Origin: Sphyrna mokarran
Lineage: Eukaryota
NCBI GenBank assembly: GCA_024679065.1
Contig: JAGIQG010000011.1
Span: 51,770,001-51,834,000 of the forward strand
DNA length: 64,000 nt
Direction of reading: 5' to 3'
Numbering within the stretch: the first letter of the stretch is position 1; each line of letters begins with the position of its first letter. This document shows, one piece after another, positions 12,801 to 26,539 of the stretch. The notes under the pieces were generated by a model, which was not told the DNA's origin, ran no database searches, and saw only the letters and a list, made by a program, of their open reading frames with translations. The position numbers and the translations under genes were made by a program.

Positions 12801-13872
12801 CTCAATATGATTGATTATATCACAATTTGATTTTTAAATGCAGGAATCAGTTTACAGCTATCCTGTTTAAAGTGCTCTTCTTTCATAAGGGTCTTTCAAA
12901 CCAGCAGTGAATTAAATGAATTTACCATGTTCACAGTTGAAATGTGAAGGTGCCTTATTTATTGTAGATTTACCGATGGCCACTTGTCTGTTTTAGCTTT
13001 TCTTAGACTGAATCAATTTTCAGAAAAAAAAATGACAAGGAGCTGCTTGCTCTGTGCAAACCTTTGGCTATTTTGCTTTCTATGATTACTTGACACTGTA
13101 TATGATTAAAATCCACAGATGTCATTTATTTATAAATGTTGCAGGTCCATAGATTTATCAGTTTGTTTCTAGTTTCTGATTACACTTTAGAACTCTGTGA
13201 CTGTCTGTTTTGATACCTGAGTTTGAGCCCAAATAATTGTTCAGAATAGAAATTTAGTGATTATTTCGACAGGTCAGCACTGAAATGTGTTGTCTGTCTC
13301 AGTTCAATCCCCAATAGATTCAGCAACACAGCATGACATAACACTGCCACGGATTTAAGGTTGGAAATCGATGCAGTATTAGTCAGGGCAGACAGTGCAC
13401 CATCTTCATACCTGATTGAGGACAGCAATATAATTTATACCACCAAAAACTGTGATTCATTTCCAAATTATTCAATTAGTTCTTCTTAATGCTTGTGTCC
13501 CACAGGTCTAACCCAAGCAATTTACAAAAAAAAAGCATATTCTATATTGATATAAAATGTTTGTCAGCATGCATCTAGTCCTGGATACAGATAATGTCCT
13601 GTGGACTTTTCGTACAGAATCCCGTGGACATATGTTTATCAATGCAACTGAATTTGGCAGCTTTATAGAGTGCTTGAGTGAGAGCTTTCCTGCATCAAAC
13701 AACCGCTTGTAGGTTTGTTTTGTGATCGTAAAACTGGAGTATTGGAGGTGGATTACAATTTACAGATAAGGATTTGTTAATTTTCCACACAAAACAAGAA
13801 TTATTCCTGATTTACAGATTTAATTATTGTCTAACCTACAGCAGGCACATATTGTGACAGGTTCACAAAAAA

Positions 13873-14162
13873 AGTTTAAAGGTTATTTTGTTAGTGTCAC
13901 AAGTTGGCTCACATGAACACTGCAATGAAGTTACTGTGAAAATCCCCTAGTCGCCACACTCTGATGCCTGTTCGGATACGCTGAGAGAGAACTTAGCGTT
14001 GCTAATTCACCTAACCAGCACGTTTTTGGAGGAAACTGGAGTACCCATAAGAAACTCATGCAGATGTGGGGAGAATGTGCAGACTCTGCACAGGCAGCCA
14101 GGAATCGAACCCGGGTCCTTGGCACTGTAAGATAGCAATGCTAACCACTTTGCTACTGTGCC
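13873..14162 (-). mobile_element. V-SINE, alternative-tail subfamily
   Basis: Head with B box GGTTCGATTCC, V-core, tail GTGGCGACTAGGGGATTTTCACAGTAACTTCATTGCAGTG. Confidence 0.9.
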
Positions 14163-14384
14163 TTCCACATACTGGCTCCAAAGGTAATTATTAATAAATG
14201 AAGAAACAAGAATTAGTGATTGCACTTGTTGTGACACAGATCTCAGAGATGAGTCAGAATTACTTCTCTCTTCATGGCAAAGAATACTTAGGGTCCCCAG
14301 TTCATCCTTCCCAGTACTTACTTAAATGTGCAACTGAAGTTCCTACAAATAGTCAGGAAGAAACTGAAGTTTATAAACTACCTT

Positions 14385-14765
14385 ATCATGTCAAATGCTT
14401 CACAATTTATAAATTACTTTTGAAGTGAATTCACTGTTGTTATTTAGAGAAACACAGCAGCAAAACAACTAATTTACACATAGTCAAAGTTAAAATTGTA
14501 AATGAAATGGGTGACCTGTTAATCTGTATCTTGGCCATGCTGTTGATTAAGAGAAGAGTGCTGGCCAAGACACTGGGCAAGATTGTAAGTCATTTTCTAA
14601 TAGTCCAGTTGGATTTTAAATAGCAGTCCAATTGCTCATTTTAAAGAGAGCAACTCTGGCAATACAACACTATCGACATGACATTGAAAACAGCCCAGAG
14701 CTTGTGTTCAAGTCTCAAATGAGGTTTGAAGCATTCAGAGGCAAGGGAGTTAGGAACTGAGCCAA
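14385..14765 (-). mobile_element. Old SacSINE1/DeuSINE-like element
   Basis: Diverged match to the copies at 28985-29352, 57085-57935 and 62915-63340. Confidence 0.6.
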
Positions 14766-14809
14766 GAGTTGGTGGAAACATTTTGTAGGTAATGAAGAAC
14801 TTGTAGCAC

Positions 14810-15580
14810 ACAGTGGTGAAGTGTTCACAGCACTGGGTTTTGCAACCTGGTTTTAATCACCATGAAATTGTGAAATCAAATTCAATGCATCTAGTCATGT
14901 GAACTGGTACCAGAAAAAGAAGAATTAGTCCCACAATATGTGGTTGATGCTTGGATTTTCTTGATTCTGCTCCTACAGGTTCGGAGTTTCCATCTGCTAA
15001 CTTAGTTCTGATATGACACCAGCTAATTTTCTGGATCAGAAATCAGTAGATTCTGAGCTTTTGGCAAAATGGTCTGCCAATGGCCCCCCAGGAAAATAAA
15101 TGTGGTGCTGCAGTGTGAACTATAGACACTCAGAGATGGAAGTCAACATTAAAGGTAGCAAAAGTCTGGATCATCTCATCTGAGACTGCAACCTTTAGCA
15201 GGTAAGTGATCAGATAAAGGGGAATGAAAGGCAATTTCTCCTAACCTGAGACCCTTTGGATCTCACACAGAAGATGGTACTCATCAATACCCGAAACCCA
15301 CTACCCTGGTTCACCTGATAATCTTGCAGAGCAATAGGGGCATGGAAAAACAGGAAAAAAATAAGTAAGAAACTTGAGTACAGTGTTCCCACCAATAATT
15401 TTATCCAAAAGGTGGGTGAAATCTGGGCTGAATACAGAGAGAATCCATTCTTTAACAATCCTCCACAATGGCTGAACAAGCCACCTAGCTTTGGAACCAA
15501 TTGCAATGGAAGGCTCACCTCCACTTTCTCAGGCTAACTAATAAATCCAGCACTGCCCACATCCTGAGAACAAATAAAGA
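14810..15580 (+). mobile_element. Decayed tRNA-SINE (same family as 30052-30390) split by a MITE at about 14952-15447
   Basis: SINE head and body at 14810-14950, tail AATAAATCCAGCACTGCCCACATCC near 15540. Insert bounded by TGGATTTTC / GAGAATCCA. Confidence 0.5.
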
Positions 15581-16229
15581 TATTCTTGAACAAGAGCACA
15601 ATGTGAAATGTAAACAAGATAATATTGATTTATTCTTTTTTCAGGAGTGATTACTCATTACCTGTTAAGGAATGGAATTGCTTTTGTACTTCAGACTTCA
15701 CATAAGAATGTCACCTATGACTCTGGTAATTTGGATTTACGTGCTTTCCTTATGTAAAACATTGATTTAGATGGGTTGCAAACTATAATAAGTTATATTT
15801 ACTTTAATGTGGTCGTGTCAATCTTCAGCAATCCTCATTAAGACTCTTTGACACAGAATTCATATCTTGAAGTAAAAAAAAAGGTCTAATTTTGATAACT
15901 AAATTACTATATTACTTTCTTACCCTCCCCTTGCTCCACATCCATCCCCTGCTTAATGCAAGTGCTGGATTGGTCAAAACTCTTCTCCTGATCCCAGCAA
16001 AAACTCTTTCTTGTTGGGGCTTTGGGTTGTCAAGAGATTTACCCACTTGAGGAAAGTTGTCATTCTCACTAATTCTTCAATATTATCTCCAACAATGCCA
16101 ATAGCTGTGCCATCTGTGTTTAGACACTGTAAAAGAAACCTCCCTGCGACTGTCATACAAATCAGGGTCACCATCAAGGTCGCACTGAAGGGACACTGAG
16201 AAGATGTTCAGTCACATGGTATTCTGAAA

Positions 16230-17730
16230 TACAGCATTTCAATACAAGTCCTCCAACATCCCAAGCTGCTCCCAGCCTGGAGCTGTCTGCAGTCCACTGG
16301 GATATGTGTATTATGGCTGGGTTAATTTACTGATTAATCTCCAGTCAGTGGTTTGTTCTTTCCCCAGATGGCCAATTAAAATTACAACTGGCAGAACAGT
16401 GCCCTGTTGGCAGTCTGCTGTGGGGCCAGAGCTGGAGGCATGAACAGAAGGTGCAGGCCCATCCTTGCTGAAACTGTCGGCTTTAATCAAAGATACTGCC
16501 TTCTCAGTGCTGCATGGATATTGGGATATATGGCACAGGCTGCAGCTCTGCTGTTATTTACTCTCAAAGCCACCATTCCCTGAGCTGCTCCAGTATTCCA
16601 AGCATCACTGGCTTTCACCAACAGCAAACACTGCAGATAAAATAAGCCAGAGGGCAAAACCGCTTTAACAGCTTCTGAAATGTAATAGCCTTTTTCCTGA
16701 TCCCAGCCTCCAAGGATTGATGATCTAATATCATTCACTTCCTCACAAATATAAAAATAATTTAACAGTTGTTTGCGTAAATCAAACACAAAACACCCTT
16801 GTGAAGCTGCTAAAAGTATGTCCACGGAATGTATTTAAGAGCTTACAGTACCACAGTAACAGTAATAAAAACTAGCATTCACCCAACTTCTTTGCTCAGC
16901 TTTTGACTTGCTAACAGTTGTTTTTTTTAAGTTAAGTGCGTGCCGCTGGTTCCAACGACAAGGCCACTTACACCTGTAGATAACTGACAGTTAACCCCAA
17001 TTTCCACTTCTTTGTAATTCAAAGAGAATAGTTTCTGCTCACATTAAATCACAGGGAGAGTTGACTGCATGATCGACTTTCTCTGTATGAGGATAAACCT
17101 AAGAATCTTATTGCACTTATTGGCTGATTTATGAAATTTCACTGGTTGCTGCTTTATCTTATAGAAATTTCATGCTGTTGAATGCCCGAGCTCAGAAGAA
17201 TCACTTTAATCCTAATAAAATAACCAATTTCTTGATAAAATCTACCAGCTGTCGTAGCTAAAAAATCTGTTCAGCGTGTGCTCAATTAACAAAGTGGTAT
17301 TAACTGCATTGAAGCAACAGTACGGAGGGTATCATTTGATTTTACAAATACAGTTCACATTTCATTACAGCTCATATAATCTCCATACGCATGTTTATAT
17401 GCGCCTATAGTCTCTATGGCAACCTAATGAATGCTATGGCTACAAGAGCAGCCACAGATCAGTGCAAGCTTACCTAAAAAAAAGGAATTGTGATTAATGA
17501 ACATGCTCACCATTAAGACTGATGCAAAGGTTTTGTACTACAGTTATTGAAAGAAGCCTAATATAGCGACGCTTAATCGTACCATGTTTTAATTCAAGGA
17601 GTCTATTTAAAGCCATTCACATCATAATTTAACAATTGAAGAGAATCTTTATGGCATGGACAGTCCATTTTTTTGTTAATTTGCCAATGGAGTTACGTTT
17701 AATTTCATTTTAAGTTACAGCAATTATTTT
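16230..17730. promoter_or_regulatory. Repeat-free block resembling a conserved non-coding element or enhancer
   Basis: No recognisable repeats, locally retained CpGs, Pbx/Hox-like TGATTTATG at 17125-17133, RFX X-box GTCTCTATGGCAAC at 17410-17423. Conservation not tested. Confidence 0.4.
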
Positions 17731-20322
17731 ATTTGATTTTTGACAGAAATCTATCAAGGGCACATTTCATAATTTCAAGAAAACATTTCAAAGTACTTTG
17801 CAACCAATAATGTACACTTGAAGTATCGTCACTGTTCTAATATGGAAAAATGTGGCTTAATGTCGAAAAACTCCCACAATCGAATGTGAAACAAGTGACA
17901 TAATCATCAGTTTTTAATGGCGAGATATTCATTACAGAGTTCAAATCTGGAAACTCCCTGATTTAGCTTCAGTGGAAAGTACTCAATTTTCACTTTGAGA
18001 AAGCAAGAGCAGGATGTAATTGGGCCTCTCTGGATATAGGTTAGAGGCAGCCACAGGGGTAGGCTGAGTGTAGAGACAAACTGGTTAAAAGGTCTATTTT
18101 ACTTCTCTGGGACATTTCCCCAGCTTGTTCTTAAATTTTAGCTCATTTTGTCATCACCATTCACATCCTGTCACTTCTCTCCACCCTATATGAAACTCCA
18201 TGCTGCTCATACCCTCCAAGCAATTCATGCCCTCTTCCATTCCCAATGGCCCCTCATTCTTTCTATGCAAACTCATGGCACTTGCCTGCCCGTTCATGCA
18301 GTATACATGCTGTACAGAATTGATGAATCCAATGCTAACGATGGCATGTATAAAACTACTTAATTACACCAATCATAATTTTTTGAAAACAAAAGCTGTC
18401 ATTGCTGAAAACCTATAAAAGTATCAATCAACTTGATCTTTAAAGTATCAATAACAGAAACAAAAGCAGTTGACACTTACTTATCTTGTATAGACATTGA
18501 GTCATTGGCAAAAGAGATTACAGAAAAAACAACTTATAACATCATAAAATTGTCAATCATTCAAAGTTTCACTTTTCTATGCCATATCAACAGAGTTAAT
18601 CCTTTTATGGGGATCTGCACCCTCAACAGATGTGCTTAAAGATTCTGTTTTTAATAACACGAAGGTCTGGTTGGCTGACACTTTTATACAGTTCTAAAAA
18701 CAGTAGCTTTTAATAGAAAATTATGAGTGGGTTTTTTTTTTAAGCAGTCCATACATCACATTGGCATGAAGGACACGAGGGGCCATTGGAGTGGGGGCAT
18801 GAGTTGGCTTAGTTGCCATGGATGAAGCATGGGATTGCTGAAATTCAGTTTGGAGACTATAAAATCATGGTTCATGACTCCTTTGAGGCGTTCCGATACG
18901 GAAGATGGTTTCACTCCATGAAGATTGGAGGGAGGGGAAGGGTGGCTCTTGGGTGCTAGAATATCCCTACTCCATTAATGGAGCCAACCAATTTGAGACA
19001 GCTTGTATGGATTTGCTACTTGCCCCTATAGCCCACTCCTTTGAAAAAAGGGGCATGGCCATGATGTTTAGATGGCTGTAGGATCCTTACAATTCAATGA
19101 AAACTCAGCCCTACGTGTTGCTTAAGTGCTAAGATATTGGGCTGGTAGCATCATGGGTGTTGGGGCAGGGAACCTATTACCCAACTAAGGTGCCAGTTAA
19201 GGGTGATTTTACTGGGAACCATGCGCACTTTACTGATGCACAGAGTGCCTCCCCCGGTCTCATGCAAAAACCTCCAGCTCAATGGACTCCGCCTCCATGA
19301 TGGGCAGGGGATGTTGTGGGGGGAGGGGTGGGGGCTGGGGGGTGGGGCAGTCACCAAATTCAGATGCACCTAAATTATTACATTGTCATTGCAGAGTTGA
19401 TGACATAATTGACGTGACTTGCTCTCCTGGGGTAGATAGTGTCCTCATGATTGTTTTCATGATTATTAAGCAAAATAGACCAAGAAGAAATCAACCAATC
19501 AGTAAATAAAAAAGAATTTGGAATTGCCTATTTCACCAGCCAAAACATAGTGGCAAATCAGAGGTTTTCAGTTGGTCCCCACTAAGCTGTTAAGAGTTGC
19601 ATATCAACTATTCCTTTGCATATTAAAAACTTAATCAAACAAAAACACAAAATGGGCATGATTTTCCCTGCCATCTGATTCCAAGTTTCTCCTTGTTGGC
19701 CATTGAGTCAAAAATAAATATGTTAGTGACTTTCCTACAGACATTATACATTCAATAACTTTATTCAATGCCTGCTTTGAAAGAAGCTTATGGTTTCTTC
19801 TTTGTTCAGCACTCTTTAAGGTACTTTTTGAAAAGTGACTGTATGCAAACAGCAAAGTTAAAATGGTTTGCAAATTAAACAGAAATCCAGTATTGTTTCT
19901 AAGTAGCAAAGCGTCCATTGAATGCAAAGCAGAGATCATTTTGTTGTAATATGCCTTTAAGGGATATCACCATTGCATCACAAGGAGGGAAATGTGTTAT
20001 GTGATGCAATCTTAGTTTAATATTTGTTTTGAGCAAAGAAGAAAATAGCTCTGATGCCTCCAAGTTTTATACCTATGTATAACTATTCTTCTATGCCAGG
20101 TCTTAATGAATGAACCTGCAATGTGTTTACACAATCCCTTATGAGTTATTGGTGCCTCATGTCTTTTACAGTAAATAAGTCTTTGTCATTACATCATTAT
20201 AATAACATGGTATTGGGATCAGTGGTGATAAGACAAGTGGCAGCAAGATTAAGAAAAGGTCCAATATATTGAACCACCTTAAATAATGCTCAATGTTTTG
20301 GTCAGACCATAACAAAGTTATA

Positions 20323-20507
20323 GGTAGGAATTCTCTGACTGTTCATGCCAACAGGATTCTCCATTCCAGCAGGCAGCACACTCTGCCTGCAGATTTTCCA
20401 TGGTGGGAATTCCCATTGACAGTGGTGGAAGATCCTGCTTTTATGAGAAAAGATACCACCTAATGCTGGTGGGAAATCTATGGCTGGGAGGTTGGAGGAT
20501 CTTACCC
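20323..20507. mobile_element. MITE nested in the Gypsy relic
   Basis: Imperfect TIRs GGTAGGAATTCTC / GAGGATCTTACCC. Confidence 0.6.
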
Positions 20508-20617
20508 ATGGCATCAGAGAGTGTTCAAAACACAGTGTGGTGACTGTGAAGAGAAGTTTTGGAGACACAGCACTGAGTTAGAGCTCAAGTAAAGAGCTGG
20601 TAAGTAAGCAGAATCCA

Positions 20618-20907
20618 AGTTTAAATTTTACTTATTAGTCACAAGTAGGTTTACATTCACACTGCAATCAAGTTACTGTGAAAATCCCCAAATCGCCACA
20701 CTCCAGCACCTGTTCGGGTACACTGAGGGAGAATTTAGCATGGTCAATGCACCTAATCAGCACATCTTTTGGACTGTGGGAGGATACCCACACAGATAGA
20801 GGGAGACCATGCAAACTCCACACTGACAGTGACCTAAGTCTGGAATCAAATCCGGATTCCTGGTGTTGTGAGGCAGCCATACTAACCGCTGTGCCATCAT
20901 GTCACCC
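20618..20907 (-). mobile_element. V-SINE, alternative-tail subfamily
   Basis: Head, V-core and the same tail as 13873-14162. Confidence 0.9.
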
Positions 20908-23461
20908 CTGGTGCTGAGATTGCAGCACAAAACAGTGATTGAAAGGGCTAGCACTGGGCTAGCTTAGTCAGGAAAGTGAGTGAGCAGATGAGTGGGCCAG
21001 ATCCATAGCGAGCAAAGAGTCAAAGATTATAGCAGGTGGCTTTGGATGTTGCTGAAAAATAAACAGAATAGAAAACAAATATTCTATTACTCAGTTTCAG
21101 GACAATTCACCTTCAGGGGCAGAGCTTTGAATAAACATGCAAAAGTGACTATACAGCAACACCTATCTCAGGCAATATCGAAGCAAGAATGTGAAAGGGA
21201 TATTGTCAGAACTTTCATAAAATTCCCCAGTTTAAATTGGAAAGCAATTGGCCAACTACCTAAATTCAAAATCTTTAAATAGTATACAGAGGTACGCGGT
21301 GAATATTAAGAGGATGGGAGAGTTGTGTCAGGGGTAGGAGGAGCTCACACCACCTCCTGGAAGCAAAGGCAGCATACAGTTGATCTATTCAATTCTGACG
21401 CATCCCACATCTATAAGGCACTGTGGGCGAGCAGTGGAGGAAGTCGCCTTCAGGAGTTGCTGGACAATCCAATTGCTTTATCAGTTCCACATGCTAAGAG
21501 CACGTTGATAGACACTGCTGAGACAGCAAGAAAAGGAGATAGAAGTCTCATGGCTCCCCAAAAGCAGGTATGCTTGGTGTCTTGGGCAAAGAGGATTTTG
21601 GGCAGGTCAGGGAGGGGTAAGGCAGATGGTTTTAATCAAAGACATGCCTGCAAGGCCACATACAAATACAGATTGTGTTTTTTTTGATTGAAGTGTGTGT
21701 GAACCAGGCAAGCAAGCAATAAAAGTTTACCTAGTAATTGGGAATGAAGGTCTACTCAGGCTGAACACATCAGAATTAACATAGAGCCCATAAGATATGG
21801 AGTATATTGGAAGACTGATTAAGAATTAGATTAAAGTCCGTATTCATCTACTAGAATTCATATCATTTCTACAACAGTCTACAGAATGCATTGACCACAC
21901 TGTCAACAAATGTCGAGGAAAGGGTACATCCTGTGATTCCACAAATGCAGAGCTAGTAGATAGAATAAGTGAGTTGGTATCACATCCACTCTCATGCAAA
22001 TATCCTAGAAAGATTTGCTATCCCAAAACACATAGCAATGAAGAGCTACTCAAGGATAGATATAAATATGAAATGATCCTCACAAGTTGACAAAGCTTAC
22101 ATGTCTTAAGTATAGCCCCAATTATTGACACACTGATTGGAATACCGAAACCTCGCATGACATGTGAAAGGTATGGATTCTGTATGCACCAAGGTATATC
22201 CAGCTTTCCATCAATTCTGCAAGGCAGGGCAATAGCAGTGTATTAGAGCAGAGGCTGATGCAGCTACAAAGAACCATACATTGATCCAAACAGACTGTAT
22301 ACAATGGGTACATTCAAGCAATAAAAACGACCATCGAGTATCTCATCAGAAACACATACATAATACAATTGACCAACCAGAATGTGAGGATGTTGTGCAC
22401 AACAAGTCAAGAGCAGCTAATACATATTTCACACTGTCAATCTTATGGGAAAAAATAGATGCCATCATACTGTTCCAAGTGTATTCCAAGATTCATATTA
22501 TCTGCTCAAGAAAGCTGGTAACTATTCATTATGGCTAATGTTAACAATAGGGCAAGTACCAACATGTTGTTCCTGCAAATTTTATATGAATATGTCCACA
22601 AACCTGAAGGGCCATAGTGAAAGCTGCTACTGTGAAACCTTTACTGCACAATGGGTCACTAATTCCATGTGCAAGACCTATAGTCCTGGAGCGCAAGTGC
22701 AGTTAATCCTCTTGGGTGTCACAGATGTTTTACATCATGGAAACTAAAGGCATGGAGATTGCAGAATATCGGCATGTTGAGATTTCCCACTAGTAAGTAT
22801 TGATGATATCAGTAAGACACCACAAGGCAATCAATCTCAGAAATTACTCCTATCACCTCAGTTCATAACCTCACGTTGAAATATCCACGAAGTTTCAACA
22901 AAATTGGGGGCAGCAACAGTACATTTCCAGGAGAGTGCAAGTCCATCAATTGATCCAGTACATTTTGTTCAATGCAAATGCAAACAACTACAAACTAAAA
23001 CTACAAAAGATTCTACAGCACAGAAACTATAGAAGACCACTATTGAAGAATGGTCTGATTCAATTCAGCATGTCCAGGAACACCTTTTGATCTTACTGGA
23101 ACAAACTGGACATTTTCTGGAGAGTTACTTTTAGAGGCAGGCACATCAACATAGAAGAAAGTTTGCAATCTAATGTTCTTCAACAAGTTCATCACTCACA
23201 CAAAGGCATGGGTTTGATGAGAAGAGCTTGCCGGAAAGACAATTTATGGGCCAGGTATGATCAATTATATTGAATTCATTGTCAAAAGCATGGAGAACCA
23301 TAAAAGCAAATGCCACATAAGGTTCCTATTCACCCATAGTCTAAAATCGTTCATGGTACAGACTTTATTATCATTGTCAACTATTCACCGAGTACACAAT
23401 TTTATTCAATAGTTGCACGATACATAAAGCACAGTCCTATTTCTAGTTCATTTGACATGCC

Positions 23462-23602
23462 TAGAAACATTGAAACATAGAAACATAGAAGATCGGTGCA
23501 GGAGGAGGCCATTTGGTTCTTCAAGCTGCTCCACCATTCATCATGATCATGGCTGTTCATCTAATCCTGCTTTCTCCCTACACCTTTGACCCCATTTGCC
23601 CT
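23462..23602 (-). mobile_element. CR1 3' fragment inserted in the Gypsy integrase
   Basis: (AGAAACAT)n microsatellite tail plus the GCAGGAGGAGGCCATT hairpin region. Confidence 0.75.
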
Positions 23603-24173
23603 AATCATTACTGATCATTCAGATCATTACTGAAAAAGGAATCAAATTTACTGGTAAGTCATTTCAGAATATGTGAGAGAAGTGGAATATCAATCAAACC
23701 ACTTCTTTTCCTCATTAGACCTAATGACCTTGCTAAACAAATCCCTAATTCTCAAATGTAGACTGACCAAGAAAGATCTACATATTGAAATGTTATATCT
23801 GAATCTGACACCTTTAATTACAATTATTCCATTATGGCAGATCTCATGTTTGGCAGACCAGTGTGTACCAAATTATTTACTCTTACCCATTCAATTTTCT
23901 CAGGAACTAGAGAGCACCTTTTAGAACTACAAAAGAAGATAACCAACATGCATAACAAAAATGCAGGTACACAATTGTCAAGTTTACAGATGGAACAATT
24001 GGTTTGCATCCAGTATCTCACCAAAGATACCAGCCAAAGTGACAGGGATTTGTTCAGATCTAAGAAGTCATTGAACAAAAAGGTGCAATGATGAAACCTA
24101 ACCAAGGACAAAATCAGATCTAATTCAGCTCCTCAACCACTGTATGGTCTTATTGCATCAAAGGGACGATAGA

Positions 24174-24850
24174 TGTTAGTGGGATTTTTGACAAGGTGGC
24201 AATTAGACTCAGTAAACCAAAGTCACAGTACAAAAAGTAAAACTTTTATTAAAAACCAGTGAAAAATGGGAGAAGTTAACTCCATAGTCACAGGTACAAA
24301 ATACCCGGACCTCTCAGACAAGTTCTGAAGTTTTCAGTAAAAACAGAATTGTTCTATATTTTCTTTATCAGGCTTCTTGTCTTTCATTAGTTTAGAATTA
24401 ATTTCATTCAGTATACACACATCAATACAAATCTCTGTCAAGTCCCTCAGCAAACTGCGTTGTACTTTCCAGTGTGATGGTTTCTCAATTGTCCATTAAA
24501 ACCCGGACATAACTCCCTTCTTGGGTAAAGATTCTTTCCTGTTGCTGAGTTGTGATAGATGCTACAGTAAGGGTCAAAGTGGAGGTTCCCACTGGCTCAC
24601 TGCCAAACTGAATAGATAAGTGTTCCTGTGTCCAGGGACATATCTATTCTGTGTCTGATAATGAATCAGCCACAATTCCTGGTGGCACTGCTAAGCTGAA
24701 CTGTCAGCTCTCTGAATGGCTGATGGTTTTGTGTGCAGGCAGCCATTGTTGATCATGTCAGCTGCCTCCATGGCCCCCACTTTCAAATCCATGAGAGGAA
24801 TCCCCACTGTAAGGACAAAAATTCAATCTGTCAAGCCCAGCTTTTTAAAA
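24174..24850 (-). mobile_element. Possible solo LTR that truncates the Gypsy relic
   Basis: Begins TGTTAG and has a minus-strand AATAAA near 24245. No clear TSD, and the right end is obscured by a Penelope fragment. Confidence 0.35.
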
Positions 24851-25624
24851 TTAAAAACAGAGAATGCCATAAAAATCTAAGCAGGTCTCCAGCATCTAGG
24901 GAAGGAGAAAGAGTCGTGAATGCCTATGACTCTTCCTCAGAGCTATTTTTTTTAAATATATTTTTATTAATGACTTTTCATTTTTGACAAGCAACCAATA
25001 AAGTTAGTTCAGGTTATTGATTGTGTCCAGTGTCTCCCATCATACAAGTAATGAAATGATATATTGAAGGATGGAGAGGATATCAGGATAACAGGATAAC
25101 AGGATGTACCCACATCTGGCTAAGTGGTGCACAAATAAACTCACAGGTTACCGGTGACAGGGCAATGGAACTCAAGTCTTTAAAGTAGCTACTGCTATTG
25201 CTTATTTAACTATAAAAAATGTAGGATATTAGTGCAAGTAAAATTGCAGTTTAACCGCCAAGGATTTTTGTGCTACACTTGGGCAAGCACCAAAAAAATG
25301 CTTCCCCCATCCCCTGCTATCTTGCAGGCCCCAGTGATGCAATACAACATCTCTCCCAAAGACATATAGTCTGCCTGTACCATAACGGGAGCGGATCAGA
25401 GATTCTATAACTCCAAAACAAATGAAATACAAAGGTAAACATGGGTCATAAGTTCTGGGGGTGGGCTGGGGGGGTGGGGGGGGGGGGGTAGTAGTTGGGA
25501 GGGGGGGCGGTTTCCTTAACCACTGTGAGGCCCTACCCTCTACTTTCACATTAAACCACTAAATAAAACTACATTTAAGATTACCAAAAGCCTGTTTCTG
25601 TGCTGTAGTGTTCTATGGTTCTAT

Positions 25625-26135
25625 TAAGAGTGTTGCATACAATTCTGGTCATGAAGTTATGAAAAGAATGCAGAGATACCGCAGAAGGTACAGAGAAGGA
25701 TGATATCAGACACGCATGTGTATAGCTATCAAGAAAGGATTAACAAATTGGTTCTCTTTTTGTCTTGAAATAAAATGGTTGAGACGTGACTCAACAGCAA
25801 TCTTAGAATTAATGAAGGTTTTGATAAAGCGGATATAGAGAGAATATTGCCTCTTGTGGGAAGAATCTCTCTGTATTAAATAGTCACCAAAAAATGCAGT
25901 ATAAAGTTTAGAAGAAATTTCTTTACAGGCGAGAATATGGAACTCATTACCATAGGGAGTGGTTGAAGCAAATAGTATAGGATGGATATATGAAGGGAGG
26001 CTGGACAAGGAGAAGGGAATAGGTGGATACATTGATAACTTTAAATGAGGAAAGATAGGAAGCGGTTTGGTTGGGGGAGGAACTGATTGGACTGAATGAT
26101 TTCTTTCTGACCCAAGGTATTCAGTGTAATCCTAT
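25625..26135 (+). mobile_element. Degenerate CR1 3' region
   Basis: Decayed VQFWS..Y.K / RERL.KL.LF.LE / FF..R.WN.LP.GVVEA motifs followed by a CR1 tail. Confidence 0.75.
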
Positions 26136-26539
26136 GCCTAGAGATCATAGTGAGTGAAGGGGACGAGAGAGGGGATTGTCAGCAAGATCACAGGATGGCA
26201 AGATGGTAGTCAAGAAATGGTAAAGTTTGGTTTGGAGAGGAGGGATGGCAGATTGAAGGGTGGACTGTGGACAAAATTGTGAGGTTGTGGCCATGTGAGT
26301 TTAGAGAATAGTTGTGGGTGAGACAGAAGGGGAGGTGTGGAGAGTGGTATCAGGGTGGTGGGGGAGGTCAGAATCCATGGAGATGGGCAGATCAAACTAC
26401 ATTTACAGGAAAACTTATAAGGCCTGGAGAAAATGCAAAATCATTGCTGTGATGAGCTATGGAGAAGTCAGAGATCTTGGGCAGCTCAAAATGGAGGCAT
26501 TTAATAAGTATTTGAAAACTAAAATTCAGAATGGCCAAT

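Larger units (their letters stand above)
19942..24170 (+). mobile_element. Decayed Ty3/Gypsy LTR retrotransposon: 5' LTR about 19942-20207, gag, protease-flank and integrase relics, with nested insertions
   Basis: TGT...AACA followed by TGGT. Gag relic LQQSTECIDHTVNKCRGKGTSCDSTNAELVDRISELV (about 21870-21980). Integrase zinc-finger region VLQQVHHSHKGMGLMRR..RKTIYGPGM (about 23175-23260). Core IITEKGIKFTGKSFQNMC (about 23620-23675). Confidence 0.8.

Noticed and set aside
14979-15201. Perfect-looking plus-strand exon (cctacag|...CAG|gtaagt)
   Set aside because: Stops in all three frames, and it lies inside a MITE-like insert.
25457-25510. G-rich tract with G-quadruplex potential
   Set aside because: Simple low-complexity run within a repeat 3' region; no evidence of function.
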